Source: Anaeromyxobacter sp.
Lineage (GTDB): Bacteria; Myxococcota; Myxococcia; Myxococcales; Anaeromyxobacteraceae
Length of the DNA stretch: 64,000 nucleotides
Reading direction: 5' to 3'
Assembly: GCA_049840735.1 (NCBI GenBank)
Contig: JASGJN010000022.1
Span: 224,001 to 288,000, forward strand
A program made the translations under genes and the position numbers. Every line of letters begins with the position of its first letter. Positions within the stretch are counted from its first letter, which is position 1. The notes beneath the pieces are model-generated. The model did no database searches, was not told where the DNA came from, and saw only the letters and a program-made list of their open reading frames with translations. This document shows, one piece after another, positions 43,301 to 53,903 of the stretch.

Positions 43301-45084
43301 TCGTGATCGGCACCGCGCCCGGGCAGCCGCAGGGCGTGACCGCCTCCGCCACCTCCACCAGCGCCATCGGCCTGGGCTGGACCGCGGTCACCGGCGCCAC
43401 CTCCTACCTGGTGGAGAAGGCCACGGCCGCGACCGGCCCGTTCACCTCGGCGGGGACCAGCGCCGGCACCTCCCTGGCCGTCACCGGCCTGGCCTCCGGC
43501 ACCTGGTACTGGTTCCGCGTCTCGGCGGTGAACGAGGCCGGCAGCTCGACGCCCTCGGCGGTGGTCTCGGCCAGGACCGACGGCTTCGTGGCCACGTACA
43601 CCACCATGACGCTGCGCGGCTCCATGAACGCCTGGGCCACCACGTCCATGACGCTGGTGGCGGACTACACCTGGCAGGCGCAGGTGACGCTGGCCGCCTC
43701 CACCGCGTACACGTACAAGTACGACGCCTCCGGCGCCTGGACCAGCGGGCAGAACTGGGGCCTGGGCGGCACCGCCGGGGTGGCCGCCCTCAACGGCAGC
43801 AACATCGGCTACACCACCGCCGCGGCCGGCACCTACACCTTCCAGTTCAACGACCGGACGCTGGCCTACACGGTGTCCCCGCCGGCGGCCACCATCCCGC
43901 TGGCGCCGACAAACGTGGTCCCCACGCCGGTCTCCGGGACGCAGATCGACCTGGCCTGGACCGCCTCCGCCGGCGCCACCAGCTACACCGTCAACCGCGG
44001 CGCCTCCAGCAACGGGCCCTTCGTGGTGGCCGGCTCGCCCACCACCAACAGGTTCTCCGACACCGGGCTCACACCGGGGCAGCAGTACTTCTACTACCTG
44101 ACCGCCTCCAACGCGGCCGGCACCTCGACCGGCTCCGTGGCGGTCTACGTCACCACGCCCACGCCGCCGGCCGCGCCCACCGGGCTCGCCGCGACGGTGG
44201 TCTCCTCGAGCCGCATCGACCTGTCCTGGACGGCCGTCACCGACGCCACCTCCTACGCCGTCTACCAGGCCACCGCCGCGGCCGGTCCCTTCACCCGCGT
44301 GACCACCAGCACCACCGCCGCGGCCAGCGTGACCGCGCTGGCGGGCTCGACCACCTACTGGTTCCAGGTGACCGCGCTCTCCACCGGCGGCGAGTCCACC
44401 GCCTCCGCCCCGGTCTCGGCCAAGACGCCGACGCCGCAGTGGACCTCGACCTACCCCGCCATGTACCTGCGCGGCTCCATGAACAGCTGGGGCACCACGG
44501 CCATGGCGCTCACCGCCAACAACACCTGGCAGGTCTCGGTGACGCTCACCGGCGGCACGACGTACACGTACAAGTACGACGCCACCGGCACCTGGGCCAC
44601 GGGCACGAACTGGGGCGACACCAACGCCGACGGCATCGGCGAGGCGGGCGGCAGCAACATCTCCTACCTCGCGCCGGCCACCGGCACCTACGTGTTCCAG
44701 TTCAACGACTCCACCCGCGCCTACTCGGTCACGCCGCCCGGCGGCGTCTGCACCACCGTGCCGGTGACCTTCACCATCGCCAACGCCAACACCGTCACCG
44801 GCCAGAACCTGTACGTGGTCGGGAGCGTGGCGGCGCTGGGGAGCTGGGCGCCGGCCAGCGGCTTCGCCCTCACCATCCAGGGCACGGGCGCCAACGCCAC
44901 CTGGAGCGGCACGGTCGCGCTCCCGGCGGCCGCCGCCATCCAGTACAAGTACGTGAAGCGCAACCCGACCACCGGCGCGGTGGTCTGGGAGAGCGCGCAG
45001 ACCACCACCAGCGGCAACCGCGAGAAGACCACCGCCGCCTGCGGCTCCACCAGCAGCTTCGCCGACGGCAGCTTCAAGCAGTAG
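40311..45084 (+). CDS. Secreted multimodular GH119-type alpha-amylase (catalytic domain, 2 Fn3-associated, 3 Fn3, 2 starch-binding-like repeats, CBM20), frameshifted near 41898
   Basis: Signal peptide; HVYHNHMPNFW, FFPTELSFS, AHDGDN; removing one A joins AEQ to IWLDNHPTHW; C-terminal GQNLYVVGSVAALGSW...IQYKYVK. Confidence 0.8.
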
Positions 45085-45112
45085 CTGGCAGCACCCGCGA
45101 CCCCGCGGAGGG

Positions 45113-45140
45113 GCGGCCCCCGGTTCGCGCCGGGGGCCGC
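45113..45140 (+). terminator. Strong GC hairpin after the amylase gene, no U tract
   Basis: GCGGCCCCCGG-ttcgcg-CCGGGGGCCGC. Confidence 0.45.
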
Positions 45141-45228
45141 CGCCGTCGCCCAGGCGCGCTGCGCGGCCGCTGGCGCCCGGGGCTGGCAGGGCGCGGTCAC
45201 GCCGGCGGCCGTGGCTCGTCGGAGGGCC

Positions 45229-47709
45229 ATGGGTCCCCTGCATCGAAGCCGGACGCCTCGCCTCGCGCCGCTCCTCGCGCTCTCCCTCGCGCTCGGCGCC
45301 TGCCGCAGCTCCGGGGGCGCCACCCCGCCGCCGCCCGCGCTGCCGGCCGCCCCCTGCGACGGCGTGCACGTCGCCGGCGCGCTCTACCCCGGGACGCCGG
45401 CGCACGCCTGCGTGACCGTCCCGGCGGAGGGCACGGTCCGCGTCCGGCTCTCCACGACCGACGCCTTCTCGACGCTCCCGTCCTGGGCGGTCGATCCGGC
45501 CGCGCTGGCGGCGCCGCCGCCCGCCTTCACGGTCGAGGAAACCGACGCGGCGGTGACGGTGCGGACCGCGCGGCTGGGGCTCCGGATCACCAGGGCGCCG
45601 CTCCGCGCCGCGCTGCTCGACCCCGCCGGCCAGGTGATCACCGCGGAGGCCGACCCGGTCTGGATCGGCGCGCAGGGCGGCGCCGACGCCTGGACGCTCT
45701 CGCCGACGGCGCACGTCTACGGGCTGGGCGACAAGGCCGGCCCCCTCAATCGCCGCGGCCGGGCCTACACGTCCTGGAACACGGACGCCTACGGCTGGGG
45801 CCCGGGCGCGGACCCGCTCTACAAGTCGATCCCGTTCGCGGTGGTGCTGGACGAGGGGCGGAGCTACGGCCTCTTCTTCGACAACCCCACCCGCAGCACG
45901 CTCGGCGTGGGCGCGCCCGGGGCCACCAATCGGCTGCTCTGGAGCGGGGAGCGGGGCGGCCTGGACCTGTACCTGTTCGCCGGGCCGGACCCGAAGGACG
46001 TGGTGGCCGGCTACGCGGCCCTCACCGGGCGCACCCCGCTGCCGCCCCGCTGGACGCTCGGCTACCACCAGAGCCGCTACAGCTACATGAGCGAGGCCGA
46101 GGTCCGGACGCTCGCGGCCGACCTCCGCTCGCACGGCTTCCCGGCCGACGCCATCTGGCTCGACATCGACTTCCAGGAGGGGAACGCGCCCTTCACCGTG
46201 AGCGCGACCCGGTTCCCCACCTTCGGCGCCATGGTCTCCGACCTGAAGGCGCAGCAGGGGATCCGGACCGTGGTCATCACCGACCTGCACCTCAAGGCGG
46301 CGCGCGGGTACGCGCCCTACGACCAAGGCCTGGCCGGCGATCACCTGGTCCACGCGGCGGACGGCTCCGTCTTCGTCGGGAACGTCTGGCCGGGCGCCTC
46401 GGTCTTCCCCGAGTTCACGCGGGCCGCGGATCGCGCCTGGTGGGGCACGCTCTACGCCGGCTTCGTGGGCCAGGGCGTGGACGGCTTCTGGAACGACATG
46501 AACGAGCCGGCGCTCTTCGACACGCCGGAGCGGACCATCCCGGACGACGTGCGCCACCGGCTGGACGGCGGCGGCGCGCTCGACCACGTGGCGGTCCACA
46601 ACGCGTACGGCTCGCTCAACGCGCGGGCCACCTGCGAGGGCGTGCTGGCGCTCCGGCCCAGCGTCCGCCCCTTCGTGCTCACCCGCGCCGCCTACGCCGG
46701 CACCCAGCGCTGGGCGGCCACCTGGACCGGCGACAACGTCGCCACGCGCGCGCACCTCGCGCTGACCGTGCCGCAGCTGGGCAGCCTGGGCGTCTCCGGG
46801 TACCCCTTCGCCGGCGCCGACGTGGGCGGGTTCGTCGGCTGCCCCGGCGCCGACCTCCTCACGGAGTGGATGGAGCTGGGCGCCTGGCAGCCCTTCTACC
46901 GGAACCACAGCACCAGGGACGCCTGCCGCCGTGAGCCCTGGGTGGACGGGGCCGACCACGAGGCCCGCCGCCGCGCGGCCGTCGAGGGGCGCTACCGGCT
47001 GCTCCCCTACCTCTACACGGCCTTCGAGGACGCCTCGCGCACCGGGCTCCCGGTGATGCGGCCCCTGTGGCTGGACCGCCCGGCCAATCCCTCCACCTGG
47101 ACCAACGACCGCGCCTTCCTCCTGGGCGAGGACCTGCTGGTCTCGGCCAGGCTCGACGCCGGCACCACCTCCTGGAGCGTGACGCTGCCGGCCGGGCGGT
47201 GGTGGGACACGCGCACCGGCGCGCCGGCCGAGGGCGGGGTGCGGCGGGTCACGCCAGCAGCGGCGGAGAGCCTCCGGGTCTTCGCCCGGGCCGGCGCAAT
47301 CGTGCCGCAGGCCCCGGTCACCCTGACCGCCGACGCCGCGCCGCAGGGGCCGCTCACGCTGGACGTCTGGCCGGGCGACGACTGCCGCGGGCGGCTCTAC
47401 CTCGACGACGGCGAGAGCTTCGCCTACCGCGAGGGCGCGCTCCGGCGCGTCGCCTACACCTGCGCGGCCCGCCCCGGCGGGATCACCGTCCAGGCCTCCT
47501 CCACCGGGACCTACGCCACCTGGTGGAGCGGCACGGCGCTGGTGATCCACGGCGTGCCATCGGCGCCGACCGAGGTGACGGCCGCCGGCGTCGAGGCGCC
47601 GGGCTGGAGCTACGACGCGGCTGCGCAGGCGCTGACCATCCAGCTCCCGGGCGGCGGCGCGGACTGGACCGTGACGGCCGCGTGGACGGCGGCGGCGCGG
47701 CGGCGCTGA
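45229..47709 (+). CDS. GH31 alpha-glucosidase, lipoprotein
   Basis: Lipobox LGAC; YGLGDK, PLYKSIPF, WLDID, WNDMNEP, WTGDN, GADVGGF, YRNH. Confidence 0.93.
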   Translation: MGPLHRSRTPRLAPLLALSLALGACRSSGGATPPPPALPAAPCDGVHVAGALYPGTPAHACVTVPAEGTVRVRLSTTDAFSTLPSWAVDPAALAAPPPAFTVEETDAAVTVRTARLGLRITRAPLRAALLDPAGQVITAEADPVWIGAQGGADAWTLSPTAHVYGLGDKAGPLNRRGRAYTSWNTDAYGWGPGADPLYKSIPFAVVLDEGRSYGLFFDNPTRSTLGVGAPGATNRLLWSGERGGLDLYLFAGPDPKDVVAGYAALTGRTPLPPRWTLGYHQSRYSYMSEAEVRTLAADLRSHGFPADAIWLDIDFQEGNAPFTVSATRFPTFGAMVSDLKAQQGIRTVVITDLHLKAARGYAPYDQGLAGDHLVHAADGSVFVGNVWPGASVFPEFTRAADRAWWGTLYAGFVGQGVDGFWNDMNEPALFDTPERTIPDDVRHRLDGGGALDHVAVHNAYGSLNARATCEGVLALRPSVRPFVLTRAAYAGTQRWAATWTGDNVATRAHLALTVPQLGSLGVSGYPFAGADVGGFVGCPGADLLTEWMELGAWQPFYRNHSTRDACRREPWVDGADHEARRRAAVEGRYRLLPYLYTAFEDASRTGLPVMRPLWLDRPANPSTWTNDRAFLLGEDLLVSARLDAGTTSWSVTLPAGRWWDTRTGAPAEGGVRRVTPAAAESLRVFARAGAIVPQAPVTLTADAAPQGPLTLDVWPGDDCRGRLYLDDGESFAYREGALRRVAYTCAARPGGITVQASSTGTYATWWSGTALVIHGVPSAPTEVTAAGVEAPGWSYDAAAQALTIQLPGGGADWTVTAAWTAAARRR

Positions 47710-47774
47710 GGCGTGCAGCGCCACCGGCCCAAGGGCGGCCGGCGGCGCTCGCGCGCTCTCGGGTGGGACTGCGA

Positions 47775-48206
47775 TCAGGCGACGACGGAGACCGTGGCCG
47801 TCGTGGCCGGCTTCGTGGAATCGGTGGCCGGCGAGGAGGCCGGGGTGGTGGAGGTCGTGGCGCCGCCGGTGGAGGGCGGGGTGGCGGCGTCGCCGCTGGT
47901 GCTGGACGCGGCGAAGGCCAGCAGCGCGCGGAGGAAGTCGCGCACCGCCTGGAAGAGGTGGCCGAGCGCGAGCCCGTCGCCGTGCTCACCGTCCTGGGCC
48001 TGGGCGCGCGCCGCGCCGCCGTCCTCGTGGTGGTGGTGGCGGTGGTGGTGCTTGCGCCCCGGGCCCTCGAGCGCTGGACGCGAGGCCTCGTCGGAGAGGG
48101 AGACGGTCACCGACGCCGCCTCGACCTGCTGCACCGCCTGCGGACCACCGACGGTGACCTGCAGCCGCGTGTACGTGAACGAACCTTGCACGGCGCTGAC
48201 CGACAT
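47775..48206 (-). CDS. Hypothetical low-complexity protein with His tract
   Basis: GGAGG RBS upstream of ATG 48206; KHHHRHHHHED; Thr/Ser-rich tail. Confidence 0.6.
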   Translation of the reverse strand: MSVSAVQGSFTYTRLQVTVGGPQAVQQVEAASVTVSLSDEASRPALEGPGRKHHHRHHHHEDGGAARAQAQDGEHGDGLALGHLFQAVRDFLRALLAFAASSTSGDAATPPSTGGATTSTTPASSPATDSTKPATTATVSVVA

Positions 48207-48266
48207 GACGGACCTCCGAGGACTCCCTCCCAGACACCTGGGACATCGGATCGATCCGGGCGCACC

Positions 48267-49166
48267 TTAAGCGTAAACGGTCGCTCCGCACGCACAGGGG
48301 GGCGCGGGGCCGGAGGCGGGCAGCGCCTTCCGCCCCGGAGGCGGCAGGCCTATGTCCCGCCCACCCCGTCCGGCAGCCAGAATCCAGGCCTCCGCCTCGA
48401 GCTCGTCGGCCGTGGCGCGGGCGGCCGACTGCCGCTGCCCGGGCTCCAGCCGCGCGAAGGCCAGCAGCGCGGCGGAGAGGATCACGTTCTGGCGGGTGGT
48501 GGTGCGCCCGACGCGGCCGCGGGCCACCGAGCGCGTCCCGGGCGCGCCGGGGATGCCGTAGGCCTCCTCGAACGCCTGGGCGGCGTAGTCCGGCTCCTCC
48601 TCCAGCGAGACCGAGATGGAGGGGATGCGGCGGATCAGCTCCAGCTGGCCGGCCTCGAAGAGCTCGCGCACCCGCGCCAGCGCGCCGGCCTGCTCGTACA
48701 GGCACAGCCCGAACTCCTGCCCCGCCATCCCCATCACCGAGGCCTCCCAGGCGTGCGGGGCGCCGCCGGCGGTGATGGTGAGCGGCACCGCCACGTCCCC
48801 GTCGAAGCGGTCCCAGGGGTGCGCCTGGCAGAAGGCCACGAAGGCGTCGGCCAGGCCGTAGGCCGCGGCCGCGCCGCCCGGTCCGGTCGCGTCCACCGCC
48901 GAGGCCACCGCCAGCGCGGCGCGCGCCACCAGCACCTCCTGCGGCAGCGCGCCGATGAGCAGCCCCAGCCGCGCGGCGGTCTCCTCCAGGTCCGGCGCGC
49001 AGACCAGCTGCTCGGGATCGCCGTCCCGGAGCAGCGCGCGCACGCCGGCCAGGTCGTTCCGCTCCAGCACCGGGGCGGAGAGTCCACCGGGCCCCATGGA
49101 GCAGTAGACGAAGACCGGCGGCTCGTCCGCGATCGGCAGGGGGCCGAGCTTGAAGGCGTGGCGCAC
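48267..49166 (-). CDS. Hypothetical protein
   Basis: 299 aa, codon bias; motif ASVMGMAGQEFGLCLY. Confidence 0.65.
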   Translation of the reverse strand: MRHAFKLGPLPIADEPPVFVYCSMGPGGLSAPVLERNDLAGVRALLRDGDPEQLVCAPDLEETAARLGLLIGALPQEVLVARAALAVASAVDATGPGGAAAAYGLADAFVAFCQAHPWDRFDGDVAVPLTITAGGAPHAWEASVMGMAGQEFGLCLYEQAGALARVRELFEAGQLELIRRIPSISVSLEEEPDYAAQAFEEAYGIPGAPGTRSVARGRVGRTTTRQNVILSAALLAFARLEPGQRQSAARATADELEAEAWILAAGRGGRDIGLPPPGRKALPASGPAPPCACGATVYA

Positions 49167-49255
49167 GGGGCAGGTCTAGCGCGGCCGAGGCCTCCGGGCC
49201 AGCGCCGCGCGCGACGTGCATCGGCCGCGGCCGCGATGGTAGGGTGCGGCCCCCT

Positions 49256-49864
49256 ATGAGCTTCCTCGCCATCCTGGTGCTGGCCGTCGGCCTCTCGATG
49301 GACGCCATGGCCGTCTCCGCCGCCCGCGGCCTGGCCGTGCGCCGGCTGCAATGGCGGCACGCCGGCCTGGTGGCCGCCTTCTTCGGCGGCTTCCAGGCGC
49401 TGATGCCGGTGCTGGGGTTCGCGCTGGGCAGCTGGCTGGGCCAGGTGGTGGAGGACTGGGACCACTGGATCGCCTTCGTGCTGCTGCTGGGCGTGGGGCT
49501 CAAGATGCTGCACGAGGCCTGGGAGGCGGCCCGCGAGGCGCGCGCGCAGCTGGCGGACCCGGAGCGCGCGGCGCGCGAGCGGCCGGACGACGACGCGCTC
49601 TTCGGCCTGCGCGTGATGCTGGTGCTGGCGGTGGCCACCTCCATCGACGCCTTCGCGGTGGGCATCACCCTGCCGCTGCTGGGCGCGCCGCTGCTCACCT
49701 CCATCGCCACCATCGGCGTGACCACCGCGCTCCTCTCCGCGCTGGGGCTCCTGGCCGGCCGGCGCTTCGGCGCCATGCTGGGCGGGCGGCTGGACGCCTT
49801 CGGCGGCCTGGCGCTGATCGCGCTGGGCGCCAAGATCCTGCGCGACCACCTGACCGCCGGCTGA
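49256..49864 (+). CDS. mntP: Manganese efflux pump MntP family
   Basis: LSMDAMAVS, FQALMP, DHWIAF, ATSIDAFAVG. Confidence 0.92.
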   Translation: MSFLAILVLAVGLSMDAMAVSAARGLAVRRLQWRHAGLVAAFFGGFQALMPVLGFALGSWLGQVVEDWDHWIAFVLLLGVGLKMLHEAWEAAREARAQLADPERAARERPDDDALFGLRVMLVLAVATSIDAFAVGITLPLLGAPLLTSIATIGVTTALLSALGLLAGRRFGAMLGGRLDAFGGLALIALGAKILRDHLTAG

Positions 49865-49935
49865 GGCCGGGCCGGGAGGGAGCGGTCCGTCTGACCGCCG
49901 GCTGAGGTCGTGCCGGGGGGGACCGATCGTTCGCG

Positions 49936-49957
49936 CCTCGACAGGCTCACGCGAGCG
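49936..49957 (+). repeat. Degenerate short REP-like copy
   Basis: CCTCGACAGGCTCACGCGAGCG. Confidence 0.55.
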
Positions 49958-49985
49958 CCGGCTTGCGCCGCGGCGCGGAGGGGCG

Positions 49986-50939
49986 ATGATGGCGGGCATG
50001 CCGCCCGCCCCGCCCGCCCAACCGGAGGACGCTTCGCTCGCCAGCGCCGGCCTGGACGCGCTGCGCGAGGCCTACCCGCAGGACTGGGCGCGGGTCAGCG
50101 AGGCGCTGCTGGCGGCGCTCGCGACCGGCTCGGCCGAGAAGGTCGCGGTCTGGATGGGCGGCGTGCGGGCCGAGGCCGAGCACTGGCGCGGGCGGCTCCG
50201 GGCCAGCGGCGGGAACCCCAGCGTGGCGGCGGCGGCGCAGGCCGCGCTGGTGCGCGAGCGGCTGGCCCGCCTGGCGGTGGAGAAGACCACCTTCGCGCTG
50301 GCGGCGCGCCAGGCCGAGGGGAGCGTCCGGCTCGACCTGTGGAGCGGGATCCTGATCCAGCGCCTCCTCTTCGCGCGCGGGCTGGAGCGGAAGCCGGCCT
50401 CGGCCGCCTGGTTCCGGCGGGTCTGGCCGCTGGTGCGGCGCCGCAGCCGCGAGGTGCTGATGCCGCTCCTGGCGGCGCGCGGGGTCTATTGCTTCTACAC
50501 GCGCGCGCTGGTGGACGGGCTGGCCCGCCTCGCCGGCGGCCGCCCCTGCCTGGAGGTGGCGGCCGGAGACGGCACGCTCTCGCGCTTCCTGCGCGCCGCC
50601 GGCGTGGAGGTCACCGCCACCGACGACGCCAGCTGGAGCGCGGTGGCGCTGCCGCCGGAGGTGGAGCGGCTGGAGGCCCGCGCCGCGCTGCGCGCCCACC
50701 CGGCGCCGGTGGTGCTCTGCTCCTGGCCGCCGGCCGGCAACCGCTTCGAGCGGGCGGTGCTGGAGGCGCCGCACGTGGAGCGCTACGTGGTGATCGGCAG
50801 CCGCCACGCCTTCGCCACCGGCGATTGCGAGGCCTACGCGCGGCAGCAGCGCTTCGACGTCACCGTCGACGAGGCGCTCTCGGCCCAGGTGCTCCCGCCC
50901 GAGCTGGAGCCGGAGGTCCGGGTGTTCACGCGGAGATAG
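49986..50939 (+). CDS. Class I SAM-dependent methyltransferase-like protein
   Basis: LEVAAGDGTLS motif I, VTATDD, LCSWPP. Confidence 0.7.
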   Translation: MMAGMPPAPPAQPEDASLASAGLDALREAYPQDWARVSEALLAALATGSAEKVAVWMGGVRAEAEHWRGRLRASGGNPSVAAAAQAALVRERLARLAVEKTTFALAARQAEGSVRLDLWSGILIQRLLFARGLERKPASAAWFRRVWPLVRRRSREVLMPLLAARGVYCFYTRALVDGLARLAGGRPCLEVAAGDGTLSRFLRAAGVEVTATDDASWSAVALPPEVERLEARAALRAHPAPVVLCSWPPAGNRFERAVLEAPHVERYVVIGSRHAFATGDCEAYARQQRFDVTVDEALSAQVLPPELEPEVRVFTRR

Positions 50940-51161
50940 AGGACGTACTGCCGCCGGTCGGGGAGCTGTCGAGGTTGGGAGCGGCGAGGGGGGGAAGGGA
51001 TTTGAAGCATCTCGAAGGGGTTGGGAAAACCCGAAGCAGGACGTGCCGTTACCCTCCAACCCTTCGTTCCCTCTCAGCTTTCATGTGCCGTAGCGTTCCG
51101 TCTCGTCCCGGCATGTCCCGCCTCATTCCGCGCTTTCACGGCACATGTACGGCACATGGCG

Positions 51162-51698
51162 CTACCGGCGCGGGCCGGGCCGGCGCGGGGGCGCTCTCGT
51201 CGGCGATGCACCCGGCACCGCGAGCAAGTCCGCCTCGCGCTCGAGCCGGGCTGCTTCGCTCCGTAGACGTTCGGCCTCGCGGCGCGACCGCGCTGCGCGC
51301 TCGCGAAGACGAGCGGTCTCCTCCTCCTGCCGCAGCTCGGCAACCGGAGCTCCGTCTCTCTTCGCCATGATCTCGAAGAGCTGGCGGCGAGCCCACGCAG
51401 CCCACCTATCGAGATCGTCCGGCGTGGCACCGTCTGGTGCCTTCATCGTGACGTGGTACTGGCGGGGACGCCGCTTCCCCTCGGGTGGCTTAGGGATGCA
51501 GGCCGAGCCGCAGTAGCGTGCGCCGTTCGGGCCGCTGTACCAGCCCTGGAGCACGGACGCCCATCGTGCGCGCGTCCTCTTCCCACACGTCGCGCAGACG
51601 AGCCTCTCCGGCGGACGTCGAAAGAAGAACGGGTCCTCTGGACTCGTCATGTCTTCCCGTCTCTTCTTCCGCTGCCGTCGCTGGCTCTTCGCGCTCAC
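51162..51698 (-). CDS. Orphan Zn-finger/coiled-coil protein, probable mobile-element remnant
   Basis: CATC...YCGSAC, long Arg/Glu coiled coil, atypical codon usage. Confidence 0.5.
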   Translation of the reverse strand: MSAKSQRRQRKKRREDMTSPEDPFFFRRPPERLVCATCGKRTRARWASVLQGWYSGPNGARYCGSACIPKPPEGKRRPRQYHVTMKAPDGATPDDLDRWAAWARRQLFEIMAKRDGAPVAELRQEEETARLRERAARSRREAERLRSEAARLEREADLLAVPGASPTRAPPRRPGPRR

Positions 51699-51936
51699 GC
51701 TCGACCCGCGATTCCGTATTGTCGGCTCCCGCGTAGTTCCGCGGTCCACCGCCCGATCCTGCTCGGTCTGATTCCCCAGCCCACCGCCGGCGCTGGTGGC
51801 CCAGCGCGGTGATCGGCTGACCGGAAACTTCCCCGCCACCGCACTTTGGGTGACCCTGCCGCCTCGCGCCGGGCATGGGGTCCGGCCCAGACAAGAAGAT
51901 GGCCCGCCACCGTTCGCGCGGTGCGGGCCGTGGCTG

Positions 51937-52556
51937 GTGCAAGTTCGGCTCACGACCGGGCTCACCAGCGAGGAGTACGTTAAGCAGGAGGCGTGGCGCT
52001 TCGCAAGGTTGGAGCGCTGCCCGCTGCACCCCGAGGGTGGCTGCGGGTTCGCGGGGCACGGGTCATACACCCGGGTCTCGCCCCCGGGCTGCCGGATTGC
52101 ACGAAACCGCTGCCCCACGGCGAGGGTGACGTTCAGCCTCCTCCCGGACTTCCTCTGCGCCAGGCTCCCCGGGACCCTGACAGAGGTCGAGGCGGCGGTG
52201 GCCACCGCCGAGACCGCGACCCGTGAGGCGGCCAGCGAGGCGCTACGGCCCGACATCGATCTGCCGGGCGCGGTGCGGTGGGTGCGGCGTCGTGTCCGGC
52301 TGGTCCACGCCGGCACTGGCCGCGGTGATCGGCCTCCTGCCCGGACTCCTTGCTGGCCGCGAGCCCACCGTCACTTCGATCCGCTCGGCCCTGGGGACCG
52401 AGGCGGCAGTGGTGCGTCTGCGTGGGGTTGGCCGCGGATCACCTGGCCACGCTGCCCCCGCCGCTCGGTTTCGGCCCCCGGCCTGCCCGGCGGCGTCCCA
52501 GGGCCACCACGATCGAACACGACCCGGGGCCGGACCCGCCAGCCGGGGCGCGGTAG
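51937..52556 (+). pseudogene. DUF6431-like Cys/His-rich protein, frameshifted in this assembly
   Basis: CPLH..GC.FAGHGSYTR...RCP...TFSLLPDFL; continues through frame changes to PPPLGFGP..AGAR*. Confidence 0.65.
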
Positions 52557-52602
52557 CTCCTCCGGCCGCCCCAATCCAGGGGCGTTGCCAAGGAGACTGA
52601 CC

Positions 52603-53901
52603 GTGAACGACGACGCGAAGAAGAAGTCCGACGAGGTCGCCCTGTTCCGCTTCGGGGTGATCGGGGACCTCGTCCACCTGCCGCCCGGGACCAAGGGCCT
52701 CAGCGCACGCCTGCACGAGAAGGCCGAGATCGACTACCGCATCCCAGGGAGCGCCCGCGGGCGCGTCGCGGCCGAGACCATCCGCGACTGGCTCAAGGCG
52801 TACCGCAAGACCGGGCTCGACCGGGCTGCGGCCCAAGGTGCGCGGCGACCACGGCCAGTCCCGGGCGCTGCCGCGCGAGGTCTCCGACCTGCTCCTCGCC
52901 ACCAAGGAAGAGAACGCCGAGCTGTCCGTCCAGCTCGTCATCCGGGAGGCGCTGGCCACGGGCAAGGTGCCAGAGAGCGTGGTCCTGGCCCCGAGCACGG
53001 TTCACCGCCTACTCTCCCGCGCCGGACTCATGAAGCGGCCCAAGGACGCGCCCGGCGGCAAGGACCACCGGCCGGCTTCAACTTTCGAGAAGGGCCGGCG
53101 ACCTCTGGATGAGCGATGTCATGCACGGACCCGCCGTATGGGTCGAAGGGCGCAAGCGCAGGACCTACCTCATCGCCTTCATCGACGACGCGACCCCGGG
53201 TGATCCCGTACGCCGCCCTTCGCGCTCTCCGAGAACACCGCCGCCTACCTTCCGGTGCTCAAGGGAGGCGGTGCTCCGCCGCGGTGCCCCCCGCCGGCTC
53301 TTCGTCGACAAACGGCGCCGCCTTCCGCTCGCACCAGCTCGCGCTCGTCTGCGCCAAGCTGGGCGTGACCCTCATCCACGCCCGCGCCTACCATCCCGAG
53401 GCCAAGGGCAAGGATGGAGCGCTGGTTCCGGACCGTGCGGATGCAGCTCCTGCCGCTCCTCCAGTCCGCGGACCTCCAGGGCCTCGACGCCCTGAACCGT
53501 CGCCACTGGACCTGGGTGGAGGGCGAGTATCCACCGTACCCCGCACCGCGGCCTGGACGGCACCACGCCGCTCGACCGCTGGGCGGCGCTGGCCGACGGA
53601 GGTCCGCTACCTGGGCGCGGACATCGACGATCTCTTCCTCCAGGAGTGAGAAGCGCAAAGGTGGCCCGCGACCGGACCGTCAGCCTCGGACGGCGACGTC
53701 TACGAGGTGGACGCCGCGCTCGTCGGCGAGACCGTCACGCTCCGCTTCGACTCCGCCCGCCCCGGCCGGCCGCTCCAGGTGTGGGTGAACGGCGAGCGGA
53801 CCGGCGACGCGAAGCTCGTCGACGTCCACGCCAACTGCTTCGTGAAGCGCGACCAGCCCAAGGGCCTGCGCCTCGCCGACCTCGACGAGAAGGAGGACTG
53901 A
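52603..53901 (+). pseudogene. DDE transposase (rve core, Mu transposase C-terminal domain), multiple frameshifts
   Basis: AAGGAG RBS; ALFRFGVI, WMSDVMHG, IAFIDDAT, FVD/NGAAF, KG/KMERWFRTV, YEVDAALVGETVTLRFD across frames. Confidence 0.88.
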
Positions 53902-53903
53902 CC

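Noticed and set aside
42800..44740. Repeated DNA segments inside the amylase gene
   Set aside because: Explained by duplicated Fn3, Fn3-associated and binding modules
41884..47724. 1946-aa minus-strand ORF and similar long ORFs (20434-22932, 55512-58655, 29336-31708, 12792-15101)
   Set aside because: Antisense or off-frame shadows of real genes, expected at this GC content; no motifs
49167..49255. yybP-ykoY Mn riboswitch upstream of mntP
   Set aside because: Only about 90 nt and no GGGGAGUA or GAGAC core motifs
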